Source of the DNA: an uncultured Acidimicrobiaceae bacterium
Lineage (GTDB): Bacteria > Actinomycetota > Acidimicrobiia > Acidimicrobiales > Palsa-688
Direction of reading: 5' to 3'
DNA: 64,000 bases
Assembly (NCBI GenBank): GCA_963729695.1
Contig: CAVSOT010000007.1
Location: 425,332 to 489,331, forward strand
This document shows, piece by piece, positions 14,225 through 23,363 of this stretch (positions are counted from its first letter, which is position 1; the number at the start of each line of letters is the position of its first letter). The notes under the pieces are model-generated. The model was not told where the DNA came from, ran no database searches, and saw only the letters and a program-made list of their open reading frames with translations. The position numbers were made by a program, and so were the translations under genes.

Positions 14225-16513
14225 TCACGTGGTCGCGACGATGCCATCGTCTGCCAACTTGGCTCGCTCCGCCGGGTCGAAGCCCAGCCTGGCCAGGACC
14301 TCGTCGGTGTGCTGACCGAGGCGTGGAATGAACGAGAGCGGGGGTGGCTGCGGCTTCGGGCCGAACCGCACGGGCAGGGAGAGCGTTTCGAGGCGCCCCC
14401 GCGGCTCCCAGTCGAAGGCTACCACCCGTCGGAGTTGATGGTTCACGGGATCGTCGAGTATCGCGGCGACGAACTCGACCCGGTCAGGCTCCGCCACCGG
14501 CTCAACCGCCACGCCGGCTCGGCGCAGCTCGCCCACCCACACCGACGCTGGCCGCCGGGCGAAGGCCTCTTCCAGGATTTCTTCAGCCGGTTGGCGCTCA
14601 CCCCGTCGCAATCGGAGCGGAGGCGGACGGTCCGGCACACCGGGTTCGGCGACGATCTTGCGCACCGCTTGCCACGAGGCCTCGTCGAGTATCGCCAGGG
14701 CGAACCAGGCGCCGTCCGAGCCTTGATAGAGGCGGTAGGTCGCGCCATAGCCGGTTTGACGGTCATCGAGCAGGGGGCCCTCGACGCTATCGTCGCCGAC
14801 CAGGAATACGCCCGACTTCAGGGTCATGCCCGCGCCGAGCAGGATGCTCGTGACGGACTGTGGAACTCCGCTTCTCCGCCTGGCGTACAACCCGGCGAGC
14901 ATGGCACAGGCCGCCAGCCAACCGTTGGTCCGGTCGACCGGCGCGGCCGGGAGGTGGGTGGGTGGTTGCCCTTCACCGCCCGCCGCGGCCTCGATGCCCG
15001 AAAGCGCCTGGATCAGGTGGTCGTTGGCCGGCAGGCGCGCCTTGGGGCCGAACGGCCCGAAGCCGCTGGCATGGCTGTAGATGACGTTGGGGTTCACCGT
15101 CCGTACCGTTTCCTCGTCGTAGCCGAGTCGCTCCGCCAAACCGATACGGGAACTGTGGTGCACCAGGTCGGCCCACTGGAAGAGTCGGTGCAGCACTGAT
15201 GCCGCTTCCGGAGCCTTGAGGTTCAAGGCGACGGCCCGCTTGCCGCGATGCGTCGACGCGAAGGAAGGGTCCATGCCCCGGTGGGCATCTCCGCTCGTGG
15301 GTTCGACCTTGACCACATCGGCGCCCAGCTCCGCCAGGATTCGGGCGCCGGTTGGGCCGGCACCGAAGGCCGACAAGTCCAGGAGCCGTACCCCCGCCAG
15401 CAACCGCTGCCCGTCGGCGGATCGGGCCGAGGGGTCGACGGAGAAATCTCCCCCAGGGACGGGAGTCACCCGGACGACGGGCCCGAGCACGGTGATGGTG
15501 CCTCGGTCGGGATCTTCCACGTCGACCCTCAGGCCGACCTCGGCCAGGTGGGGCTCGCGAAGCGCCTGACCCGGCCGCAACACCGGCTCGCACCGGAAGT
15601 CGCGCCCGGCCAGGTCGTCGACCCACCAGGCCCGCTCCCGGGTGAGGAACATCTTTTCCCAGCGCGTCGTTCGTTCGGCCAGGGAGCCGCTCAGGATGTC
15701 CGCCGCGTATCCCGCGTCGCTCGGCGGATCGCCGATATGGGCGAGGAAGGCCTGGTAGGCGCCTTTGGCTCCGAACCACAACTGCACGTACTCGCCGTCC
15801 GCGCAACCAAACGACAAGGCCATGTCCCATCCGCGCCCTTCCCACTGGCTGGCGGTGGAGGGGGTGGGAAACTCGACCCGCCCGATCAGCAGCGGGAGAA
15901 GCGCATGCATTCCGTCATAGAGGCTGGTCTCCACCCAACCGCCTCTGCCCGTCGACTCCCGCTCGTACAAAGCGGCCAGGGCGCCGACGGTGGCGCAAAG
16001 GGCTGCGCCCGTGCTGGCCAGGGACAGGTCGCAGAAGATGGGGCCGGGTCGATGACCCTCGAACTGCGAGAGGAGCCCGGTCCGGGCGTGTACCAGCATT
16101 TCGACGTCAGGGATGGGCCCGAGAGCGTTGTAGCCCGGCCGCACGCGGACGTGCACCAAGCGGGGATTCGAGCGCTCCAGTGCCGAATAGGTCAACCGAC
16201 GACGCTCGACCCATTCCTCGGCGCCGGCGATCAACACCACATCCGCCTGGCGCGCCAGAGCTGCGGCCGTCGCAGCCACGTCTTTTCCGTCGACCACCTC
16301 CAGGTGCTTCCCCCTATCCCACACCCGCTGGTATTCGACTCCCGCGTCGAGGGGGCACGCCTCGGACGATTGCACCCTGATGACGTCGGCACCCAGGTCC
16401 CTCAGGAGCGCGCCCGGGAGGCTGCCCGCCAACCCGGCACCGACCGCGCTGATCCCGGCTGCCACCTCGACCACCCGTACCCCGGCCAGAGCTGGCCCCG
16501 GATCGCTTGCCAT
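14225..16513 (-). CDS. tandem-domain family-III (CaiB/BaiF) CoA-transferase
   Basis: Two complete CoA-transferase units in one 762-aa protein: GVRVVEVAAG...LRDLGADVIRVQ and GVRLLDLSAFGAGPTGARILAELGADVVKVEP. Both keep the candidate catalytic Asp context (PDVEMLVHARTG; NDHLIQALSG). Confidence 0.85.
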   Translation of the reverse strand: MASDPGPALAGVRVVEVAAGISAVGAGLAGSLPGALLRDLGADVIRVQSSEACPLDAGVEYQRVWDRGKHLEVVDGKDVAATAAALARQADVVLIAGAEEWVERRRLTYSALERSNPRLVHVRVRPGYNALGPIPDVEMLVHARTGLLSQFEGHRPGPIFCDLSLASTGAALCATVGALAALYERESTGRGGWVETSLYDGMHALLPLLIGRVEFPTPSTASQWEGRGWDMALSFGCADGEYVQLWFGAKGAYQAFLAHIGDPPSDAGYAADILSGSLAERTTRWEKMFLTRERAWWVDDLAGRDFRCEPVLRPGQALREPHLAEVGLRVDVEDPDRGTITVLGPVVRVTPVPGGDFSVDPSARSADGQRLLAGVRLLDLSAFGAGPTGARILAELGADVVKVEPTSGDAHRGMDPSFASTHRGKRAVALNLKAPEAASVLHRLFQWADLVHHSSRIGLAERLGYDEETVRTVNPNVIYSHASGFGPFGPKARLPANDHLIQALSGIEAAAGGEGQPPTHLPAAPVDRTNGWLAACAMLAGLYARRRSGVPQSVTSILLGAGMTLKSGVFLVGDDSVEGPLLDDRQTGYGATYRLYQGSDGAWFALAILDEASWQAVRKIVAEPGVPDRPPPLRLRRGERQPAEEILEEAFARRPASVWVGELRRAGVAVEPVAEPDRVEFVAAILDDPVNHQLRRVVAFDWEPRGRLETLSLPVRFGPKPQPPPLSFIPRLGQHTDEVLARLGFDPAERAKLADDGIVATT

Positions 16514-16566
16514 TACTCTCCTCCTGCCCCTGGGTGATACACGCGGTGTTGATTCAGGATCCCAGA

Positions 16567-17775
16567 TCAGGCGGTAATGCCGAAATAGCGGTCCAGGCCG
16601 TAGACCCGGATGGCGTTCTCGCGGACGAGCAGGCTGGTCTCGCGGTCGTCCAGACCGGCAGCCGTGATCAATTCGATCGTGCGCTTCTCGGAGTGGGGAT
16701 AGGTGGAGTCCACGTGGGGAAAGTCCGTCTCGATCATGATCTGGCCGATCCCAACCGCATCCCGATCCAGCAGCCCGCGCAGATCGTCATAGATGCAGCC
16801 GAAGACGTGATCGGGAACAATGCTGCTCGGCAGCTCGGTGGCTCGCCTGCCTCCATGATCAACGTTTTGACCGGTCTTCAGCCACACCTCGTCGATGCGC
16901 TGCATGAGGAACGGCATCCATCCGACCTGGCCCTCGGAGAGCACGATTCGAAGCTTCGGGAATTCCTGCAGGACTCCGGAGTAGAGCCAGTCGGCGAAGG
17001 CCAGCTCGGAGTTGACGAATAGCAGGCTGATGCCCATGTCGACGGGTGCGTCCGCGCTCACGAGCTGCCGGGAGGAGGATCCCACATGCATGTTGAGAAC
17101 TGTGTCCGTCTCCTCACAAGCGATGAACAACGGGTCCCACTCTCGGGTGAAGACACTCGGCAGACCGAGAGCGGGCGGCCCCTCGGGGAAGGAGACGGCG
17201 TGTGATCCCTTGGCCGCGCAGCGACGCACCTCGGCTGCTGCCAGCTCTGGGTCCCAGAGCGGCACCAGGGTGAGCGGCACCAGCCGGGCCGGCCGTTCGG
17301 TGCCGCACCACTCCTCGATCATCCAGTCGTTGTACGCCTGCACGCCGAGCAGGGCGACTTCCTTGTCCTTGCGCTCGAGAAATATCTGGCCGCAGAATCG
17401 AGTGATGTTCGGGAAGCAGATCGACACGTCGGTATGGTTTTCGTCCAGGACGGCGATCCGGGCGTCGCGCTTATACGTGCCTGGCATGACCTCGTCGTAG
17501 GTGACCACTCGACTGGTTACGTCGTCGACGAAGCCGGACTGGGCGAGGCCACGCAACAGCGGCGCCACCAAGTCGTCGTAGTACCAGACGTCTGCCCACG
17601 CCGCGTCGTCGCCCCCCAGGGTCCAAGGTCCTCTTCTCGGGTCGCTCAGGACACCTCGTTCCCGCCGCACGTGGGGACCTTGCTCTCGCTGCTTGGCCGG
17701 AAGCCGGGACCACCACAGATCGGGCGGCTCGAGCACGTGGTCGTCGACCGAGATCAGGCGGGGCAACGTGGTCAT
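16567..17775 (-). CDS. amidohydrolase-2 family protein (ACMSD / decarboxylase-hydrolase type)
   Basis: N-terminal ISVDDHVLEPPDLW metal-binding motif and TIM-barrel length. Paralog at 52106..53281. Confidence 0.8.
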   Translation of the reverse strand: MTTLPRLISVDDHVLEPPDLWWSRLPAKQREQGPHVRRERGVLSDPRRGPWTLGGDDAAWADVWYYDDLVAPLLRGLAQSGFVDDVTSRVVTYDEVMPGTYKRDARIAVLDENHTDVSICFPNITRFCGQIFLERKDKEVALLGVQAYNDWMIEEWCGTERPARLVPLTLVPLWDPELAAAEVRRCAAKGSHAVSFPEGPPALGLPSVFTREWDPLFIACEETDTVLNMHVGSSSRQLVSADAPVDMGISLLFVNSELAFADWLYSGVLQEFPKLRIVLSEGQVGWMPFLMQRIDEVWLKTGQNVDHGGRRATELPSSIVPDHVFGCIYDDLRGLLDRDAVGIGQIMIETDFPHVDSTYPHSEKRTIELITAAGLDDRETSLLVRENAIRVYGLDRYFGITA

Positions 17776-17904
17776 CTCGACACTCCTTTGAGAGGCGACC
17801 TTCCGGAAGCGGACGTAGCCACGGCGTGTGGCGACGGGACCGCTGCGGTTCCCCCGCCAGCCTAACCGTGGGAGCGATGCCAGGCCCGACGCCGGACCCA
17901 GACT

Positions 17905-19107
17905 TCATGCCCCTTCGAGTCGCGGATCGAACGACAGGTTCAGCGCCATCGGGCCGCGCGAGCAGCCCGAGTCGTATGGGACCCAGTCGTCTCGAAGCCG
18001 AATGTTCCCCATCCGGGAAAGGATCTGCCCCAGCGCCACCCGCAACTCCAAGCGGGCCAAATGGACGCCGAGGCAGTAGTGGGCTCCGTAGCCGAAGGTG
18101 AGATTGAGACCCTGACGACGAAAGTCCAGCTGCTCCGGGTCCTCGAATTCCCTCGGATCCCGGTTGGCGGACGCCACGAGCAGCAGAACCCGGTCGCCGG
18201 CGGGGATCTCGTCGCCGCCGATCACGATGTCACGGCTGGCCGTGCGCACGAGACCCCCGGCGGGCGGCCGGCAACGCAACAACTCCTCGATGGCACCCGG
18301 GAGCAGACCCGGGTCTGCGACCAGCTGGGCCAGCAGTTCCGGACGTTCCGATAGTCGGTGCATGATGATGCCGAGGGAGTGGACCGTGGTGTCGAGGCCG
18401 GCCGCGATGAGCAGCATGACCGTGCGAAAGATCTCGTCGTCGGTGAGCGCCCTGTCGAACACGGTCCCGTACAAAAGCGCATCTACGACATCGGGACGAC
18501 GGGGCTCGGCCCGTCGGCGGGCGATCAACCCGGCGATGAGTTCCATGAAGTTCTGGTGGATGAGGGGGGCGTCCGGCTTGTCCAGGTCGTGCATGATCGC
18601 CATCGTCCAGTGGTACGCCGCTTCCAGCTCGGAATCCGGGAGTCCCAGGAACAGCTGAAAGATCACCGCCCCGGGAAGGGGCCGGGCGAAGTCGGCAATG
18701 AACTCGCACTCGCCCCGATCGATGAAGCTATCGATGAGCTCGTCGACGATCTGGCGGATGCCCTCCTCGTACTTCGCGATGGCTCCGGCCCGAAAGTACG
18801 GGTCGAGCAACCGCCGGAATCCCCCGTGCACGTCCGGCTCGCATTGCAGCGGCAGCACGGGAACGGCCCCCGGATTGGGGGGAATGGTCGTGGTGGGAAC
18901 GCTCGAGAGCCCATCGTTGTCGGCGAAGCCGGTTCGCACGTCGGCGAACCGGGTGACCGTCCAGAACGTGCCCTGGGCGTCGCTGTGGGCGACCGGACAC
19001 TCTTCCCTGAGCGCGTCGACGACCTCGAAGAAGTGGTCCCCGCATTCGGGGTCGAAGGGGTCGAACCGCTCGAGCAGCCGACGAAAAGGAGAATCCTGCG
19101 AGATCAT
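17905..19107 (-). CDS. cytochrome P450
   Basis: Heme Cys-ligand loop FGYGAHYCLGVHLARLE and ExxR (EELLR). The N-terminus RFDPFDPE is shared with the other two P450s. Confidence 0.9.
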   Translation of the reverse strand: MISQDSPFRRLLERFDPFDPECGDHFFEVVDALREECPVAHSDAQGTFWTVTRFADVRTGFADNDGLSSVPTTTIPPNPGAVPVLPLQCEPDVHGGFRRLLDPYFRAGAIAKYEEGIRQIVDELIDSFIDRGECEFIADFARPLPGAVIFQLFLGLPDSELEAAYHWTMAIMHDLDKPDAPLIHQNFMELIAGLIARRRAEPRRPDVVDALLYGTVFDRALTDDEIFRTVMLLIAAGLDTTVHSLGIIMHRLSERPELLAQLVADPGLLPGAIEELLRCRPPAGGLVRTASRDIVIGGDEIPAGDRVLLLVASANRDPREFEDPEQLDFRRQGLNLTFGYGAHYCLGVHLARLELRVALGQILSRMGNIRLRDDWVPYDSGCSRGPMALNLSFDPRLEGA

Positions 19108-19171
19108 GACGTGGCCTCACTTGCGTTCGATCGATCCGACATCGACGTCGACATCCGCCGGCTCTGCCGGG

Positions 19172-19657
19172 TTACCAAGGATCTGCCCCCTGCTGGTAAC
19201 TCCCACACAGGATCGTCCCGAGCACGTCCCGTTGTGCGGCATCAACCAACTCGATCCACGTCGTACCCGGCCGGGACAGGTACGCAAATGCCCTGGGTCG
19301 CCCGTCCTGGTCCCGCGTCGTGACCTCGAGCGTCCAGCCGGCCGCCTCCGCGGCAGCCACGCTGGCCCTCATGTCGTCGACCCAGTAGCCGACATGGTGC
19401 AGGTGGGTACCGCGGTCCGGTTCGTAGATGGTGCCCAGTTCGGATCGAACCAGCTCCACGTGCATGGGTCCTTCCGAAGACCACACCACCCGGCTGGATG
19501 GTCTTGTCGGCCCGTTCGGCGTGTCGTGCTGCACGGGAGGGCGGGGGAGGTCGACCCAGGTCAAGTGCATCACCGGACCGAGCGTCTGCATCAGCAACTC
19601 GACGTCAGGAGTGGCAATGCCGACATGAAACGGCGGTTCTCCGACGGGATGGAGCAT
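19172..19657 (-). CDS. VOC (glyoxalase/bleomycin-resistance/dioxygenase) family protein
   Basis: Size and motif pattern (PFHVGIATPD..., HHVGYWVDD). Confidence 0.7.
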   Translation of the reverse strand: MLHPVGEPPFHVGIATPDVELLMQTLGPVMHLTWVDLPRPPVQHDTPNGPTRPSSRVVWSSEGPMHVELVRSELGTIYEPDRGTHLHHVGYWVDDMRASVAAAEAAGWTLEVTTRDQDGRPRAFAYLSRPGTTWIELVDAAQRDVLGTILCGSYQQGADPW

Positions 19658-19959
19658 GGGCCCCCGATTGTATGGCGTTCCTTGGCGAACCCGCGTAAGC
19701 GGTGCGGCCTGCTCGGCCCAGGAACCCCCTGCTACGTTGCCATGGCAGCTTCGGGATCCGAGACTTGATCACGGAGGGAGGTGAGCGTGGTCCGTCGTCT
19801 TTGAGGCTTGGAAGTGCCGTCTGGTCGGACGGTGACACGGGCTGCGCCTCGCTGCTCTCGGAGGGGTGTCGGCGCAGTCCTCAGGGTATAGCCCGTTTCT
19901 CGCGGAAGAAGGAATGATGATTCGAGGACTGGACGCGTTGCCAGCGCGTCATCGACGAA

Positions 19960-21036
19960 GTGGTGAGGCCGGCTGCAGGGCAAGTTGACGTAAATGGGGT
20001 ATTTCCCAGGGCGTCGATCGAGGCCCTGGGTGAAGCCGGGCTGTTGGGGTTGACCGTCGCCGAGGAGGCGGGCGGAGGAGGCGGTGGTCTCGCTGATGCC
20101 AGCACGGTCGTGAGAAGCCTGGCGGGGGCCTGCGGCTCGACCGCAATGGTGGTGCTGATGCACTATTCGGCGGTCGTGTTGTTCGAGAAGTACGGCCCGC
20201 AGGATGTGCGCGAGGCGGTTGCCTCCGGTCAGCATCTGAGCACGCTGGCCTTCTCCGAGGTCGGCTCCCGTAGCCACTTCTGGGCGCCGCTGAGTACGGC
20301 GACGGCCTCAGACGGCAAGGTGAGACTCGACGCCCGCAAGAGCTGGGTGACTGCGGCCGGCGAAGCTGACACCTACGTGTGGTCGAGTCGACCACTCGAC
20401 GCCGAGGGCCTGATGACCCTGTGGCTCGTTCCCTCCAACGCCGCCGGTCTTTCGGCTCCGGGCGCCTTCGACGGACTTGGTTTGCGCGGGAACCGTTCGG
20501 CGCCGATCAGTGCCGATGGGGTCATGGTCGCACGGGACAGCATGCTGGGCGAGGATGGCGCCGGTCTCGACATCGCCCTCGCCAATGTGCTGCCGTGGTT
20601 CCTGGTCCTCAACGCGGCCTTCAGCGTTGGCTTGATGGAGTCGGTAACCGCCGAGACCGGCGCGCACCTGAGCGGTACCCGGTTGGAGCATCTGGATCAG
20701 ACCTTGGCCGATATTCCGGTCACACGGGCGGATCACGCCCGGATGCGCATCGCTACCGACCAGGCCGCGGCGCTGCTCGGTGACACGATCGCCGCGCTCA
20801 GCCAAGGGCGAGACGACGCCATGCTGAGAGTCCTCGAAGTGAAAGCCGCCGCCGGCGAAAGTGCAGCCGCAGTGACGGATCTGGCCATGAAGGTGTGCGG
20901 CGGGGCGGCCTTCCGGAAGGAGCTGGGCATCGAACGGCGCTTTCGCGACGCCAGGGCCGCACGAGTCATGGCGCCTACCACCGATGCCCTCTTGGACTTC
21001 GTCGGCCGAGCGATCAACGGGATGGCCTTGCTGTGA
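19960..21036 (+). CDS. acyl-CoA dehydrogenase family protein
   Basis: ACAD-like sequence throughout (FPRASIEALGEAGLLGLTV; C-terminal RDARAARVMAPTTDAL). The N-terminus is probably longer: in-frame FEDWTRCQRVIDE precedes GTG 19960 but is closed by TGA 19918-19920. Confidence 0.85.
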   Translation: MVRPAAGQVDVNGVFPRASIEALGEAGLLGLTVAEEAGGGGGGLADASTVVRSLAGACGSTAMVVLMHYSAVVLFEKYGPQDVREAVASGQHLSTLAFSEVGSRSHFWAPLSTATASDGKVRLDARKSWVTAAGEADTYVWSSRPLDAEGLMTLWLVPSNAAGLSAPGAFDGLGLRGNRSAPISADGVMVARDSMLGEDGAGLDIALANVLPWFLVLNAAFSVGLMESVTAETGAHLSGTRLEHLDQTLADIPVTRADHARMRIATDQAAALLGDTIAALSQGRDDAMLRVLEVKAAAGESAAAVTDLAMKVCGGAAFRKELGIERRFRDARAARVMAPTTDALLDFVGRAINGMALL

Positions 21037-21857
21037 CCGACGCGGTTCTTCTGGGGGCGGTGGCGTACGATCCCAAGGTCGTCACCATCTGGGACGGGTT
21101 CCGGACCTGGCTGCGCCGGCAGGACCTGGAGTTCGATTATGTCCTGTACTCCAACTATGAACGGCAGTCCGAAGAGTTGGTGCAAGGCCGCATCGATGTG
21201 GCGTGGAACTCGCCGCTCGCCTGGGTGCGGGTTCGGCGTATGGCCCCATCCGCCCAGGCGTTGGTAATGCGGGATACGGACCGGGATCTCACCTCTGTGG
21301 TGGTCGTGCGCTCCGACTCGACGGTGACGGATATCGCCGGCCTGTCGGGAGCAAGAGTGGGAGTTGGTGCGGTTGACTCTCCGCAGGCCACCCTGCTGCC
21401 GCTGGCGCTTTTCGGCGACATTCCTATTTCCGTTCGCCGCTTCGACGTCGGCGTCGGTCTGCACGGCGATCACATCGGTGGCGAGCGCCAGGCCGCCCAC
21501 GCCCTCGTGGACGGAGAGATCGATGCCTCGTGCATGATCGATGCCAACCACTTGCGCTTTACCACCGAGGGAACCCTGCCGGCGGGCGGGACCAGGGTGA
21601 TTGCCCAGACACCGCCCTATGACCACTGCAATATGACGGTTGCCGACCGGCCCTCCGCGGTGCTGGACCGCTTTTTCACCCTGCTCTTGGCCATGGACTA
21701 CGCCGACGCGGAAGTGCGACCCCTGCTCGATCTGGAGGGCCTGACCAGGTGGCTGCCTGGTCGGACCACCGGCTACGCGCCATTGGAAGCCGCCGTCGAC
21801 CGCTTCGGTTTCTACGACGAAAAAGGCCAGGTGACCGCGGACGACTACACACCCTGA
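21033..21857 (+). CDS. PhnD/SsuA-type periplasmic-binding-fold protein without signal peptide
   Basis: GTG 21033 overlaps the ACAD stop (GTGA). Phosphonate-binding-like fold suggested by YSNYERQSEELVQGRIDVAWNSPLAW. No N-terminal hydrophobic leader. Confidence 0.65.
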   Translation: MTDAVLLGAVAYDPKVVTIWDGFRTWLRRQDLEFDYVLYSNYERQSEELVQGRIDVAWNSPLAWVRVRRMAPSAQALVMRDTDRDLTSVVVVRSDSTVTDIAGLSGARVGVGAVDSPQATLLPLALFGDIPISVRRFDVGVGLHGDHIGGERQAAHALVDGEIDASCMIDANHLRFTTEGTLPAGGTRVIAQTPPYDHCNMTVADRPSAVLDRFFTLLLAMDYADAEVRPLLDLEGLTRWLPGRTTGYAPLEAAVDRFGFYDEKGQVTADDYTP

Positions 21858-21945
21858 GGAACGCCCCGTCACGGCTACGGTCGACATCGGCCATCTAGGC
21901 CTCGACCGGGGTGGTCATCTCCTTGTCCAGAGAGCGCTCTCCCGT

Positions 21946-23070
21946 GTGCAACCGGGACAACGAGTTGGCGTGCACGGCACCGACCCCACCCTGCGTGTGC
22001 ACCTGCCGGCGTGGGCGCGCCAGCAGGGCCATCGCGTCGAGGCCGACACCGGGATGGGTGACCCACGGCCGGGTGACGCGCCACTTGTCGTCGTCCGGGG
22101 GGAGGCTGAGGAGCTTCGCTGGGCGGGGGCGGAGCGAGCGGGCAGCCCGGCCGGGGTCGTCGATCGCGCCCCTGCAAGCTGGGGATTCGCTGCTCGTGGT
22201 GCCCTGGTCGAGCAGGGGGGACCGCCCCTGACCGGTGCTGGCCTCGACCGAGCCGACGTCGTGTGGAGTGACCAAGCCCCGAAGCTCTACGCCCAGGCCG
22301 TGGCCAATCAATGGAATCCGGCCACCGCCATCGACTGGACGCCGCCCAGCCTCCCCCGGGAGGTCGAGCTGGCGGTCGTGCAAACCATGACCTACCTGGT
22401 CGAAAACGAACAGGCCGCCCTGGCGGTTCCTGCTCGTTTCATTGGTCGCATCCACCCGCACTTCCGCGAGGTCATCGGCTTTCTGGCCACCCAGCTGGCG
22501 GACGAAGCCCGTCACGTCGAAGTCTTCACCCGACGAGCGGCTCTATGTGGACACTCGCCGGGCATCTCGGGAGCAGGAGGGAGAGCGTCGTTGCAAACCC
22601 TGCTTGACGAACCTGACTGGGCCAACGCGTCCTTCCTGCTCTCCGTCCTGGGGGAGGGGAGCTTCCTCTCGCTGCTGTCGTTCCTGTCCGAGCACGCACC
22701 GGATGCGGTCACGGCTCGCATATCGCAGCTGGCCTTGGCCGATGAGGCTCGCCATGTGGCGTTCGCCCTCGGGCACCTGGGCGAGCACGTCGCCCAGACG
22801 GCCAACCAGCGGGATCGCCTCGCCGCTGCCGTCGGGCGCCGGCACGGCGCCCTGGTCAGCACCGCCGGTCTGGCTCCATCGGTGCACGACAGCCTGGTCG
22901 TCCTCGCGGCCGGCGCCTGGACACCGGAAGCCATCCAGGCCGGATGGGACGCGGTCCACGCTTTGCAGGCTGATATGGACGAAGGCCGGCGGCACCGCCT
23001 GGCTCGACTCGGCTTCGGCGATCGAGAAGCCGCCGAGCTCTCGGCGCTCCACACGACGAACTTCATGTAG
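21946..23070 (+). CDS. ferritin-like di-iron protein with degenerate TusA-like N-terminal domain
   Basis: Two ExxH motifs (LADEARHVEVF, LADEARHVAFA). The N-terminal part resembles TusA (GQRVGVHGTDPTLRVHLPAWARQQGH), and that similarity continues upstream of GTG 21946 with no canonical start codon. Confidence 0.7.
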   Translation: MQPGQRVGVHGTDPTLRVHLPAWARQQGHRVEADTGMGDPRPGDAPLVVVRGEAEELRWAGAERAGSPAGVVDRAPASWGFAARGALVEQGGPPLTGAGLDRADVVWSDQAPKLYAQAVANQWNPATAIDWTPPSLPREVELAVVQTMTYLVENEQAALAVPARFIGRIHPHFREVIGFLATQLADEARHVEVFTRRAALCGHSPGISGAGGRASLQTLLDEPDWANASFLLSVLGEGSFLSLLSFLSEHAPDAVTARISQLALADEARHVAFALGHLGEHVAQTANQRDRLAAAVGRRHGALVSTAGLAPSVHDSLVVLAAGAWTPEAIQAGWDAVHALQADMDEGRRHRLARLGFGDREAAELSALHTTNFM

Positions 23071-23122
23071 CGGCCTCCCCCAGGTCGCTGCCGTTCACCG
23101 GGCGGCTCGCGCATCGAACGAA

Positions 23123-23249
23123 GGCCGGGGCCGATCTCCAGGGCCGGGGCCGATCTCCAGGGCCGGGGCCGATCTCCAGGGCCGGGGCCGATCTCCAGGG
23201 CCGGGGCCGATCCCCAGGGCCGGGGCCGATCCCCAGGGCCGGGGCCGAC
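23123..23249. repeat. 19-bp tandem repeat, about 6.7 copies (GGCCGGGGCCGATCTCCAG)
   Basis: Read directly: four identical units, two GATCCCCAG variants and one truncated unit. Intergenic, between the ferritin-like gene and the Rieske oxygenase gene. Confidence 0.9.
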
Positions 23250-23363
23250 CGCCGAAGAGTCGACGGGACGGTCCTTGCGAGCGAACGCTTACTTGACCGT
23301 GATAATCCGCTCAGACTAGGCTTACCTCTGTAACCGCATTGATGCGTAAAGGGGGATTCCCTG

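Noticed and set aside
23123-23249. Possible CRISPR array.
   Set aside because: The units abut directly with no spacers, the repeat is only 19 bp, and no cas genes are present.
22442-23296. 284-aa plus-strand ORF that runs through the 19-bp repeat and would encode a 19-aa periodic protein (GRGRSPGPGPISRAGADLQ...).
   Set aside because: The repeat period is 19 nt, not a codon multiple. The ORF overlaps the ferritin-like gene out of frame, and its composition is that of a non-coding frame in GC-rich DNA.
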